Both the position numbers and the translations under genes were made by a program. Of a stretch of DNA of 24,520 bases, positions 8,030 through 17,399 are shown piece after piece; the stretch's first letter is position 1; each line of letters opens with the position of its first letter. The stretch is from contig QMLT01000001.1 of the NCBI GenBank assembly GCA_003646875.1, positions 1 to 24,520 on the forward strand, written 5' to 3'. The stretch comes from Deltaproteobacteria bacterium. Its GTDB lineage: Bacteria; Desulfobacterota; DSM-4660; Desulfatiglandales; B25-G16. The notes below the pieces were generated by a model, which saw nothing but the letters and a program-made list of their open reading frames with translations, was not told the DNA's origin and did no database searches.

Positions 8030-9134
8030 TTAATTCTGTAGCCATTTTAGATAGGCATCTATAAACATATTAATGTCACCATTCATCACCCTATCAACAT
8101 CTCCAACTTCAAGGTTTGTCCTGTGATCTTTTACTAATCGGTAAGGATTGAATGTATATGACCTTATTTGATTACCCCATGCTATCTCTTTCTGGGATTG
8201 GTGTCTGAGATCTTTTTCTTTGCTTTTTTTCTCTTTTTCCAATGCATAGAGGCGTGCTTTAAGAATTTTTAGCGCCAGGTCTCTGTTTCGGTGCTGAGAT
8301 TTTTCGTTTTGGCACTGGACAACTATATTGGTTGGTAAGTGGGTAATCCTTACGGCAGAGCTGGTCTTATTAACATGCTGTCCGCCTGGGCCACTAGCCC
8401 TGAAGGTTTCTATCCTTAGATCCTTCTCGTTAATATCTATTTTTATGTCATCTTCAATCTCTGGCAAAATAGATACCGATGCAAATGATGTATGCCTTCG
8501 ACTACTGGCATCAAAAGGAGAGATTCGGACCATGCGGTGAATGCCATGTTCCGATTTAAGGTAACCATATGCATGAGGGCCATTTACAGTGAAGGTAACA
8601 TTTTTTATACCTGCCTCATCTCCTGCCAGGTGATCAACAATCTTAGTCTGCATCTTTCTGGCCTCTGCCCATTTGAGATACATCCTGAATAACATTTCAA
8701 CCCAATCTTGAGCCTCTGTTCCTCCTGCGCCTGCATTTATGGCTACAATTGCATTTCTTTTATCATCTTTATCAGTGAAAAGGATCTGAAGTTCGTGTCT
8801 TTTTATCTCTTTTTCCAGCTCAGAAAGGTCGGCGCTTGCCTCTGAAATTATTTTCTCATCATTTTCTTCCTGGGCTAACTTGGTCAGGATGTCAAGCTCT
8901 TCTAACTCATTTTTGTATCTGTGCCATTCCTCTAATTGGTTACTTAGCAACCCTCTTTCCTGGCTCAGTTCGTTTGCTTCATGCTGGTTGTTTTGCCAGG
9001 TATCAGTTTTAGATAATATTTTTTCTATTTTTTTTAGCCTTTTTTCACGATCAGTTAAGTCAAAGATGCTCCCAAATATCATCTAATTTCCTATTCAGGG
9101 TATCTATTTTTTCTGTTATCTCTGTATAATTCAT
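8030..9134 (-). CDS. prfB: Peptide chain release factor 2 (367 aa, +1 programmed frameshift after codon 24)
   Basis: True start is ATG 9134 after AAGGAG: MNYTEITEKIDTLNRKLDDIWEHL, then CTT TGA C, continuing DLTDREK in the ORF-track frame. SPF and GGQ motifs are present. Confidence 0.95.
9059..9074 (-). promoter_or_regulatory. prfB autoregulatory +1 frameshift site
   Basis: TGGGAG-CAT-CTT-TGA-C: SD-like element, 3-nt spacer, slippery CTT and in-frame TGA, as in the canonical E. coli site. Confidence 0.93.
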
Positions 9135-9138
9135 AATT

Positions 9139-10734
9139 TTATCTCCTTATTATTACTATCCAAAGAAATTTAATAATTGTCGCAATTGTTAATAGTATAG
9201 CAAAAATATTGCCTAATTGTGAATAGAATGTTTTTTTGTGTGCTAATTTTATCTTCTTTTGCAAGATTTCCCTCGCAAAGAGCTTACTTTTATCTACTAT
9301 CTTCCCATTTGCAAGAATAAAGGCGCTTATCCCGGTATTCGCAGCCCGTGCCATAGGTAAACGGTTTTCTACGCACCTAAAAACAGCCATGCTCAGGTGT
9401 TGATAAGGGGCGCTTGTGCGGCCAAACCATGCGTCATTAGTAAGGTTTACTAAAAGCTCAGCTCCCTGGGCAGCGAATCTTCGAGGGATATCGGGAAAGA
9501 TAGTCTCAAAACAGATTAATGCCCCTATTTTAAGACCTGGAGAATATATAGGTTCTGCTTTCTTACCAGTGGAGAAGTCTCCCGCTGCTGTAACTAAGCG
9601 ATGCACAAATGGGATGCATTTTTTAAGCGGTACATATTCACCAAAGGGGACAAGATGAACCTTGTCATAATAATCAAATACCCTACTTTTAGATATCATA
9701 TATGCCCTGTTGTAATAGAGAATGCTGTCTTTATCTTTTACATATGCAGGGGAACCAAACAGAATATTTGCATTGGTTATCCTGGCAACTTCGAATACTT
9801 CCTTAGAAAAATGAGATGCGTCTTGAAAAAAAAATGGAAGCGCAGTTTCAGGCCAGATGATGAGCTGAGGTTTAAAGTCTGCTGATTCTAAGGATAGCTT
9901 CTTATAAATAGACAATGTCTCTTCTTGAAAATCAGAGTCCCATTTTAAAGACTGATCGATATTTCCCTGGACAATCATTACCCTTAGTTCTTTTCCTTTG
10001 ACGTTATTGTCTGCTTTTTCTTTCAAACGACTGTAGCCATATACAAGTACACATCCTACAAGGAAAAAGGTGAAAATTGCATCAATTCCTATTATCCGCA
10101 AGGGGTGTCCGTTGTGTTTGTTATGATCATAACCCTTGACTTCTGACTTGTCTCCTATAGCGTAAGTCGATGCTTTTTTCTTAATCATGAGAGAAGCTAC
10201 ATTATATAGGGCAAAATTTACCAGAACGATAATAAATGATATGCCATAGACACCGGCAATGTCTGATATCTGTATTAGTGGCAACCTGGAATATTGGCTG
10301 TATCCTAAAAGGCACCAGGGGAAACCGGTCATAATATAAGATCTCGCATATTCAAGTGCGACCCAGATGCACGCTCCCCAAAATGGTGATAGCCTATTGT
10401 TTTTAAAATTAGCCACGATAAGTGCAAAAAGGGCGATATAGAAAGCAAGATAGAATGAAAGAAGCAATAATGCTGAAAGGCTTAAGATAAGGTTAATATT
10501 GCCGTAGCGGGAAAGTACATTAACTATCCAATAAATAAGGGTTAGGTAGTGGAAAAGACCAACAAAAAGCCCTATCTTAAATGCATCTGATAAGGATTTA
10601 TCCTCAAGGCTAATGAGAAGAGGGATGAGGGATATCCATGCTATCCAGTCCAGATTGACAGGGGCAAAGCTGGCAGTTAACATGAGACCTGAAAGCGCCG
10701 CGAGCAGGACATTTCTTATACTAATCTTAGTCAT
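9139..10734 (-). CDS. lnt: Apolipoprotein N-acyltransferase
   Basis: Multiple TM helices, GFPW, QGNI, WPETA (Glu), YDKVHLVPFGEY (Lys), LICFE (Cys), NDAWF, RAANTGIS. Confidence 0.95.
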   Translation of the reverse strand: MTKISIRNVLLAALSGLMLTASFAPVNLDWIAWISLIPLLISLEDKSLSDAFKIGLFVGLFHYLTLIYWIVNVLSRYGNINLILSLSALLLLSFYLAFYIALFALIVANFKNNRLSPFWGACIWVALEYARSYIMTGFPWCLLGYSQYSRLPLIQISDIAGVYGISFIIVLVNFALYNVASLMIKKKASTYAIGDKSEVKGYDHNKHNGHPLRIIGIDAIFTFFLVGCVLVYGYSRLKEKADNNVKGKELRVMIVQGNIDQSLKWDSDFQEETLSIYKKLSLESADFKPQLIIWPETALPFFFQDASHFSKEVFEVARITNANILFGSPAYVKDKDSILYYNRAYMISKSRVFDYYDKVHLVPFGEYVPLKKCIPFVHRLVTAAGDFSTGKKAEPIYSPGLKIGALICFETIFPDIPRRFAAQGAELLVNLTNDAWFGRTSAPYQHLSMAVFRCVENRLPMARAANTGISAFILANGKIVDKSKLFAREILQKKIKLAHKKTFYSQLGNIFAILLTIATIIKFLWIVIIRR

Positions 10735-10744
10735 TTAAATGTAG

Positions 10745-10828
10745 CTCGTTTCTTGATACTTGATACTGGATATATACAGCAACAAGGATGGATCAATCAG
10801 CAACCAATATCGAGTATACAGTATCCAA
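10745..10828. repeat. Degenerate 7-bp-period tandem repeats arranged as an imperfect inverted repeat
   Basis: Left arm CTTGATA CTTGATA CTGGATA (10752-10772); right arm CAATATC GAGTATA CAGTATC CAA (10805-10828). About 16/20 identity after reverse complementation. Confidence 0.65.
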
Positions 10829-10988
10829 TTAAAAGTACTATCCTGGAAGCCTATTGCAGAATTATTTTTTATTTTATTTAGATGAACCACTCAGGTAACT
10901 TTTGGTAATAAATACATCTGATTACTTGTCTTATTAATTTCCTTGACTATCTATAGATTTTTTATTACAAGTTTAGATAGGTAATTGA

Positions 10989-11064
10989 GCGGGCATAGCT
11001 CAGTTGGTAGAGTACAAGCTTCCCAAGCTTGGGGTCGCGGGTTCGAACCCCGCTGCCCGCTCCA
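10989..11064 (+). tRNA. tRNA-Gly (CCC)
   Basis: 76 nt; acceptor GCGGGCA/TGCCCGC, D arm, anticodon arm CAAGC-TTCCCAA-GCTTG, GTTCGAA T loop, discriminator T, encoded CCA. Confidence 0.97.
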
Positions 11065-11202
11065 TGTTATTGTAAAGTGCGTTCTGTTCCCTTTTCGAGG
11101 TACGCAATTGTTGTTTGGCGAAGGCTGTTACTTTGAAAAGAGGATGAGCCAGAAAATTGTGTATTTTCTTAACTCTGGCAACAATTGAGTGAGGTTTGAG
11201 GG

Positions 11203-11226
11203 AGCGGGCCTTTATGCCCGCTTTTT
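11203..11226 (+). terminator. rimP-leader intrinsic terminator/attenuator hairpin
   Basis: AGCGGGC-CTTTAT-GCCCGCT ending in a T5 run, just upstream of the rimP RBS. Confidence 0.7.
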
Positions 11227-11247
11227 ATGTGCGAGGGATATTTTTTT

Positions 11248-11739
11248 ATGTCAGAACCTAAGAGAATTGTAAATGAAGTATCCCTTTTAGTTGAACCTCT
11301 TTTATCTGGATTTGGTATGGAGATGGTGGATGTTGAGTTTCAATTTGAAAGAGGGAGATGGATACTCAGGGTTTTTATAGATAAACAAGGAGGCGTTACA
11401 ATAGACGACTGTGCCAGCATTAGCAGGGAGCTTGGTGATTTAATTGAGGCAGAGAATATCATTAATTTGTCCTATGTGCTTGAGGTTTCTTCTCCGGGGC
11501 TTAACAGGCCATTAAGAAAAGAGGATGATTTCATACGTTCAATCGGTAAGATGGTGCAATTAAAGATGTCCAGGCCAATCAACAAAAGGAGGAATTTTGC
11601 CGGGCGCCTCACTAATGTCAGGAAAGGGATGATAAGTCTCGTATTGGAGGATAATAATTTAGTCGAATTACCATTGACCGAGATAGATAAGGCGAGATTA
11701 AAGTATGAATTTGATAATTATTTTATGGGCAGGGATTAG
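11248..11739 (+). CDS. rimP: Ribosome maturation factor RimP
   Basis: LRVFIDK-GGVTIDDC, YVLEVSSPGLNRPL. ATG 11248 has GAGGG upstream, whereas ORF-track ATG 11227 abuts the terminator. Confidence 0.93.
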   Translation: MSEPKRIVNEVSLLVEPLLSGFGMEMVDVEFQFERGRWILRVFIDKQGGVTIDDCASISRELGDLIEAENIINLSYVLEVSSPGLNRPLRKEDDFIRSIGKMVQLKMSRPINKRRNFAGRLTNVRKGMISLVLEDNNLVELPLTEIDKARLKYEFDNYFMGRD

Positions 11740-11742
11740 AAA

Positions 11743-13044
11743 ATGATTACAGATTTATTGAGAACTATTGAGCAGGTAAGTCGAGATAAAGGGATTGATT
11801 CTAAAACCCTCATAGAGGCTCTGGAAGATGCAGTTAGCTCAGCTGTTAAAAAGAAATTTGGGTCAGAATATGAGTTAGAGGTGAGCTTTAATACGGAAAT
11901 TGGAGAGATCGAGGTCTTTGAGTTCAAAGAGGTGGTTGAAAATGTAACAGATGAAAGACTTCAGGTATCCTTAAAAGAAGCAAGAAAGCTTGATCCAGAA
12001 TCAGAGATAGGGGACAGCTTGGGTATGAAAACGGATATAGATGCACTGGGAAGAATAGCGGCTCAGTCAGCTAAACAGGTAATAACTCAGAGGCTCAGAG
12101 AAGCAGAGAGGGATGCTGTGTATGATGACTTTAAGAATAGGAAAGGAGAAATAATTAACGGCATTGTGCAACGTTTTGATAAAGGCTCCATTATTGTTAA
12201 CCTGGGTAAATCAGAAGCTGAACTTCCTGCTAAAGAACAAATCCCAAAGGAGACATACATACGGGGTGATAGGATCAGAGCCTATATTTATGATGTCAAA
12301 CAATTCAGCAGAGGTCCTCAAATAAGGCTATCTCGGACGCATCCTAACTTTCTATCCGCCCTATTCGAGAATGAAGTACCAGAAATTTCCGATGGCATTG
12401 TAAACATTATGCAGGTAGCCCGAGAACCTGGAAGCAGGGCAAAAATAGCAGTAGCTTCGAAGGATAGGGATGTTGATCCAGTGGGGGCCTGTGTTGGCAT
12501 GAAGGGATCAAGGGTTCAGGCGGTAGTTCAGGAACTAAGAGGTGAGCGGATTGATATTATAACGTGGGACCCTGATCCAGCGAAATTTGTATGTAATGCC
12601 TTGGCCCCCGCCGAAATTTTAAGGGTTATAGTTGATGAAGAGAACAGAAGCATGGAAGTCGTTGTGCCGGATGATCAACTTTCTCTTGCGATTGGGAAAA
12701 GGGGTCAAAATGTCAGGTTAGCCTCTCGTGTTACAAACTGGAAATTAGATGCAATTAGCGATTCAGAGTATAATGAAAAATTAAAGGAAGATTATAAATC
12801 CTTGCTTAAGCTACCTGGTGTCGGTAAAAAATTGGCAACCTCTCTTACTGAGATAGGTTTTATCTCAAAAGAGCATATTGCAAAAGCAGAGGAGGTTTAT
12901 CTGGCAAGCATAAAGGGAATAAGTGAAAAAAAGGCAAAAGAATTGATCCAGGATGCCCTGAATTATACGCAGGCAGTAATTTCTGATAATGAAAAAGTCT
13001 TGGATGAAAAAACGGAGGGATTGCCCGGAGGAGTCAATGGGTAA
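11743..13044 (+). CDS. nusA: Transcription termination/antitermination factor NusA
   Basis: GRIAAQSAKQV, S1 domain, SRTHP, AREPGSRAKIAV, AIGKRGQNVRLA (KH domains), C-terminal HhH repeats. Confidence 0.97.
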   Translation: MITDLLRTIEQVSRDKGIDSKTLIEALEDAVSSAVKKKFGSEYELEVSFNTEIGEIEVFEFKEVVENVTDERLQVSLKEARKLDPESEIGDSLGMKTDIDALGRIAAQSAKQVITQRLREAERDAVYDDFKNRKGEIINGIVQRFDKGSIIVNLGKSEAELPAKEQIPKETYIRGDRIRAYIYDVKQFSRGPQIRLSRTHPNFLSALFENEVPEISDGIVNIMQVAREPGSRAKIAVASKDRDVDPVGACVGMKGSRVQAVVQELRGERIDIITWDPDPAKFVCNALAPAEILRVIVDEENRSMEVVVPDDQLSLAIGKRGQNVRLASRVTNWKLDAISDSEYNEKLKEDYKSLLKLPGVGKKLATSLTEIGFISKEHIAKAEEVYLASIKGISEKKAKELIQDALNYTQAVISDNEKVLDEKTEGLPGGVNG

Positions 13045-15562
13045 GTTAAGGGTTTACGAGTTAGCCAAAGAAGTAAAAATGAGTTCTAATGAACTTGTTG
13101 AGCGATTAAAGAGCGCTGGTTTCTCTATTAATAACTATATGAGTTCTCTTGATATGGACGATGTAAGCAGGGCTAAAGATTATCTTTCAGGGGCAACCGA
13201 TGAAATTCTTGAGGAAAAAAGGATAAAGCCGACCATTATCCGCAGGCGAAAGAAAATCATTCCTAAAATAGAGGAAAGAGTCCAAGAAGAACAAATAGTT
13301 GAAGAGGAAGTTACAGCACCTTCTGAAGAAGAAATTTCGGCGCCCGAGGAAAAAGTAGAGGAGGTTTTAGAAGAAAAGGCTGAGCTGGAAGTAAAAGAAA
13401 TACCTATTCCTGAAAAACCTATCAAAGAGGTCAAACCTAAGATTGAAAAGAAGAGAAAAGAGCGACCCAAGACTATTCCTGCAAGGATAATAAAAAAGGC
13501 AGATGTTCAACCACCTGTAAAGAAGCTTCAGGAGCCGGTAACCACAATACCGTTACCTGAAATTGCAACTTCTCCAGGGAAGGAAATTAAAAAAGAAAAA
13601 GAAGCGATAAAGAAAAAAAAGGCAAAGAAATATAAAGAGGAAGAAATAACTCCTCGGAAGGATTATCGCAGACGAAGGAAAGAGATTTTTGAGCGGGAGG
13701 ATCTTTATGGGGACCAGGAACAGGGCCTTGAGGCAAGAAGTAGATTAAAAGCTAAAGGCAAACTCGCCAAGAAGAAGCTAAAACAGACAGAGATAACTAT
13801 TCCCAAGGCTATAAAGAGGAGAATAAAGGTCCCGGATGTAATAAGCGTAGCTGAGCTGGCAAGGCGGATGGGTGTTAAGTCCACAGAGCTCATTAAGAAA
13901 TTAATGGAAATAGACATAATGGTTACCATTAATCAGACAATTGACTTTGACTCTGCCTCTCTTGTGGCAAGTGAGTTTGAATATGCATTAGAGCCCTCGT
14001 CTTTTGAGGAGGAGGAGATAATTAAAGAAGAAGAGGAAAAACCTGAAGACCTTCTCCCTCGACCGCCAGTGGTTACAATAATGGGGCATGTCGATCATGG
14101 AAAAACATCTCTTCTTGATTATATTAGAAAATCAAAGGTTATGGACAAAGAAGCTGGCGGAATAACCCAGCGCATAGGGGCTTATTACGTCCACACATCC
14201 CGTGGTGATTTAGTGTTTCTTGATACACCTGGGCATGAAGCCTTCACTGCAATGCGGGCAAGGGGCGCAAAGGCAACAGATTTGATTGTATTAGTTGTTG
14301 CTGCTGATGACGGAGTGATGGAGCAAACAATAGAGGCTATTGATCATGCGAAAGCCGCTAATATCCCAATCGTTGTTGCTGTTAATAAAATCGACAAAGC
14401 AAACGCCGATCCAGAAAGGGTGAGGAGAGAATTATCAAAATATGGATTCGTATCAGAGGAGTGGGGTGGTGATACCCTATTCAGTGAGATATCTGCTAAG
14501 ACAGGACGCGGTGTGGATGAGCTGCTTGACAGCATACTTCTTCAATCAGAGATATTAGAGGCAAAGGCGAATTATAAAAAGCATGCAAGAGGGGTAATTA
14601 TTGAAGCCAGATTGGATAAAAACAGGGGTCCCTTTGCCACTGTTCTTATCCGTGATGGCACGCTTAATCAAGGCGACTTTTTTGTTTGTGGACAGAATTA
14701 CGGAAGGGTAAGGGCAATGCTTAATGATAGAGGTCAGAAGATAAAATCGGCAACGCCTTCTATGCCCGTTGAAATATATGGTATTTCTGATGTGCCTATG
14801 GCCGGAGATGACTTTATAGTAACTTCCGATGAAAAAAAGGCAAAATTAATTAGCGAGCATAGAAAAGCTAAGGCTCGGTTAGATACAATAACTACAAGAG
14901 ATTCCGTGAGTCTGGATAATATTTTTGATAGGATTAAAGAGGGCGAAGTCAAGGAATTAAACATTATAATCAGGGCCGATGTGCAAGGATCTGCAGAGGC
15001 TTTAATGGATTCTTTAACGAAGCTAAGCACAGAAGACGTGAAGTTAAAAGTTATACATGGGGGGACTGGGGCGGTGACAGAAAGTGATGTAATGTTAGCC
15101 TCAGCCTCAAAAGCTATAGTTATCTGCTTTAATGTGATGGCAAATCCGGTTGTTAAAGCCCTTGCAGCAAAAGAAAATGTAGATCTAAGATTTTATGATG
15201 TCATCTATAAGGTGATAGAAGATGTAAGGTCTGCCATGGCAGGACTCCTTGAACCAGTTTACAATGAGAATATTATTGGAAGAGCAGATATCAAACAGAT
15301 ATTTCACGTCTCCAAGGTAGGCACTGTAGCCGGTTGTTATGTAACTGATGGCAAGATTGAAAGGGGCGCCAAGGTACGCCTGTTGCGAGATGATGTAGTT
15401 ATTTTTGATGGGAATCTGTCTTCATTAAAGAGATTTAAAGATGATGTAAAGGAGGTTTCCTCAGGCCTTGAATGTGGTGTGGGATTAGAAAATTATAATG
15501 ACATAAAGCCTGGGGATGTCTTTGAATTTTATACCTTAGAAGAGATGAAGGTGGAGCTTTGA
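13037..15562 (+). CDS. infB: Translation initiation factor IF-2 (841 aa)
   Basis: Start [12 protein letters not shown] at ATG 13037 with a GGAGG SD; [17 protein letters not shown]; IF-2 C-terminal domains. Confidence 0.97.
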   Translation: MGKLRVYELAKEVKMSSNELVERLKSAGFSINNYMSSLDMDDVSRAKDYLSGATDEILEEKRIKPTIIRRRKKIIPKIEERVQEEQIVEEEVTAPSEEEISAPEEKVEEVLEEKAELEVKEIPIPEKPIKEVKPKIEKKRKERPKTIPARIIKKADVQPPVKKLQEPVTTIPLPEIATSPGKEIKKEKEAIKKKKAKKYKEEEITPRKDYRRRRKEIFEREDLYGDQEQGLEARSRLKAKGKLAKKKLKQTEITIPKAIKRRIKVPDVISVAELARRMGVKSTELIKKLMEIDIMVTINQTIDFDSASLVASEFEYALEPSSFEEEEIIKEEEEKPEDLLPRPPVVTIMGHVDHGKTSLLDYIRKSKVMDKEAGGITQRIGAYYVHTSRGDLVFLDTPGHEAFTAMRARGAKATDLIVLVVAADDGVMEQTIEAIDHAKAANIPIVVAVNKIDKANADPERVRRELSKYGFVSEEWGGDTLFSEISAKTGRGVDELLDSILLQSEILEAKANYKKHARGVIIEARLDKNRGPFATVLIRDGTLNQGDFFVCGQNYGRVRAMLNDRGQKIKSATPSMPVEIYGISDVPMAGDDFIVTSDEKKAKLISEHRKAKARLDTITTRDSVSLDNIFDRIKEGEVKELNIIIRADVQGSAEALMDSLTKLSTEDVKLKVIHGGTGAVTESDVMLASASKAIVICFNVMANPVVKALAAKENVDLRFYDVIYKVIEDVRSAMAGLLEPVYNENIIGRADIKQIFHVSKVGTVAGCYVTDGKIERGAKVRLLRDDVVIFDGNLSSLKRFKDDVKEVSSGLECGVGLENYNDIKPGDVFEFYTLEEMKVEL

Positions 15563-15563
15563 T

Positions 15564-15851
15564 GTGGTGGTCGGAACCCTCAAAATTTCCCTCTATATAC
15601 ACAATCAGCAATCCCTTAAAGAGAAGAGAAAAGTTATAAAAAGTATTGTAACCAAGGTGCGCCACAAATTTAATGCATCTATAGGCGAGGTTGGTTCCAA
15701 TGATAAATGGCAGCTGATAGAGCTGGGAATCAGCACTTTAGCCAATGATAGGCGATTTGTGAATTCAGCCCTTGATACTATTCTTGTGTATATTGATTCT
15801 CTTTACCTCGGGGAGATTATCGATTCTAAAATAGAAATATTTAATGTGTAA
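15564..15851 (+). CDS. DUF503 (YlxP-like) protein
   Basis: GTG start, MVVG, SLKEKR, KFN, D-WQ; typical position between infB and rbfA. Confidence 0.85.
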   Translation: MVVGTLKISLYIHNQQSLKEKRKVIKSIVTKVRHKFNASIGEVGSNDKWQLIELGISTLANDRRFVNSALDTILVYIDSLYLGEIIDSKIEIFNV

Positions 15852-15923
15852 ATTTGTAAGCCTTCAGCGGCTAATAAATAGCCATCAAGAGAAGACAAAA
15901 AAAAGAATTGTGGGATTGGTGAC

Positions 15924-16274
15924 ATGCTTGCAGGTAACAGAGATCAAAGGATCGGAGAGGAGATTTTACGGGAAATGTCTGATCTCCTTTTGAGGAAAGT
16001 GAAGGATCCGAGGTTAAAAGGAGTCACTTTAACTGAAGTTAAGGTAAGTAAAGATTTGAGAAATGCGTATATTTACTACAGTATTTTTAGCCAGGCTGAA
16101 CAGAAAATGCAGGTTCAGGCAGGATTTGAAAGCGCAAAAGGATTTATACGCAAAAAGATAGGCGAGAGGCTACACCTACGATACGTCCCAGCTATTCGCT
16201 TTATTTATGATGTATCTCTTGAATACGGGGAAAAGATAGAAAATCTTTTAGAGAAAACAAGAGTAAGCACATGA
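15924..16274 (+). CDS. rbfA: Ribosome-binding factor A
   Basis: DPRL-VT-TEVKVSKDLR, GFIR, LRYVP-IRF-YD. Confidence 0.95.
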   Translation: MLAGNRDQRIGEEILREMSDLLLRKVKDPRLKGVTLTEVKVSKDLRNAYIYYSIFSQAEQKMQVQAGFESAKGFIRKKIGERLHLRYVPAIRFIYDVSLEYGEKIENLLEKTRVST

Positions 16275-17242
16275 TTTTAGATGATATAGCTAATATTCTG
16301 AAAAGAGGTAAGAGATTTTTTTTGGCAAGCCATAAGGATCCTGATGGCGATGCTATTGGCTCGTTATTAGCCTTGGGTGAAGCGCTTATACTTTCAGGCA
16401 AGGAGGTTGTGCTATTTAATGAGGGCCCTATACCCGATTCTATGGCTTTTCTTGTAGGTATTGAGAATATAGTAAATCGCTTCAATCCAAAATCGGAACC
16501 AGAATTTGATGCCCTCTTTGTTCTGGACTGTGGAACACTTGAAAGGGTGGGAGGAAATTCTGCCAATATATGTAATATAACACCTTTGATAAACATTGAC
16601 CATCATGAAAATAATTCTCAGTTTGGTGATCTAAACCTTGTTGATACTCATAGTTCCTCTGTTGGCGAGATTATTTATCGGTTGATACAAGTAGCGGATT
16701 TACCAAGGAACAAAAACATAGCGGAAAATTTATTTGTGGCTATACAGACAGATACAGGCTCATTTAGATATGGAAATACCACAAAAGAGGCATTTACTAT
16801 TGCAGGTGAGATGGTGGGGTGTGGTGTTAGTCCCTGGAAGATATCACGAAAGGTTATGGATGAATATTCATTAAAAAAGCTAAGACTTCTTGAGTTGACC
16901 TTAAAGACAATAGAGATATTTCATGCAGGAAAAGTTGGATTGATAACTATTACTCAAGAAATGTTCTCAAAAGCAAAAGCTGATAATTTTGACAGTGAAA
17001 GATTTGTTGATTATCCCAGATTTATTTCTGGGGTAGAGATAGGTGTTCTTATAAAAGAACTTGGAAAGGATTATTACAAATTTAGCCTGCGCTCTAATGA
17101 TTGGGTAAATGTGGCAGATTTAGCATATCATTTTGGTGGAGGTGGTCATCCAAAGGCAGCGGCCTTTACAAGACATGGAAGCCTGGATTCGATAAAACAG
17201 GAATTTCTTAATAAAGCACATGAATTTGTTATTGGTCATTAG
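16271..17242 (+). CDS. nrnA: DHH/DHHA1 bifunctional oligoribonuclease/PAP phosphatase
   Basis: HKDPDGDAIGS, IDHH, TDTGSF, SLRS, GGGGHPKAA; ATGA overlap with rbfA. Confidence 0.9.
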   Translation: MILDDIANILKRGKRFFLASHKDPDGDAIGSLLALGEALILSGKEVVLFNEGPIPDSMAFLVGIENIVNRFNPKSEPEFDALFVLDCGTLERVGGNSANICNITPLINIDHHENNSQFGDLNLVDTHSSSVGEIIYRLIQVADLPRNKNIAENLFVAIQTDTGSFRYGNTTKEAFTIAGEMVGCGVSPWKISRKVMDEYSLKKLRLLELTLKTIEIFHAGKVGLITITQEMFSKAKADNFDSERFVDYPRFISGVEIGVLIKELGKDYYKFSLRSNDWVNVADLAYHFGGGGHPKAAAFTRHGSLDSIKQEFLNKAHEFVIGH

Positions 17243-17399
17243 TCATTTGTCATTTGCAACCTGCAACAAGCTGCTAAGGAATTAGAAATAAAAATTGCGA
17301 TGCCGATTAAGAGTGAAGAATGATGAGTTATTTTTTCAATTTCTTTGATGTAGTCTTCATGGAAGGTAAGGATTTTTTTGACCAATGACCAATGACAAA
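17225..17399. repeat. TT(G/T/A)GTCA heptamer arrays forming an inverted repeat around a spacer of about 120 bp
   Basis: Left: TTTGTTA TTGGTCA TTAGTCA TTTGTCA TTTGCAA (17225-17259). Right: TGACCAA TGACCAA TGACAAA (17379-17399), the reverse complement of the same unit; 18/21 match. Confidence 0.8.

Noticed and set aside
10943-10971. TTGACT-17-TACAAG as the tRNA-Gly operon promoter
   Set aside because: Position is plausible, but the -10 lacks the conserved final T, so it was not listed as a feature.
11040-11100. tRNA-Gly 3' end as a prophage or island attachment site
   Set aside because: No integrase and no duplicated T-arm/3' segment in the window. The 8-nt matches at 11202-11222 form a hairpin, not a direct-repeat att pair.
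13020-13044. Absence of ylxR/L7Ae between nusA and infB
   Set aside because: Gene content here varies widely among bacteria, so this is not informative alone.
13240-13720. Glu/Lys/Pro-rich low-complexity stretch in infB
   Set aside because: This is the normal variable linker of IF-2.
15869-15883. GGCTA-ATAAA-TAGCC hairpin between DUF503 and rbfA
   Set aside because: The 5-bp stem has no U tract on this strand and is too weak to call.
17240-17242. Amber read-through (pyrrolysine) of the nrnA TAG into a 26-aa extension
   Set aside because: NrnA is already full length at 323 aa and there are no pyl genes in the window.
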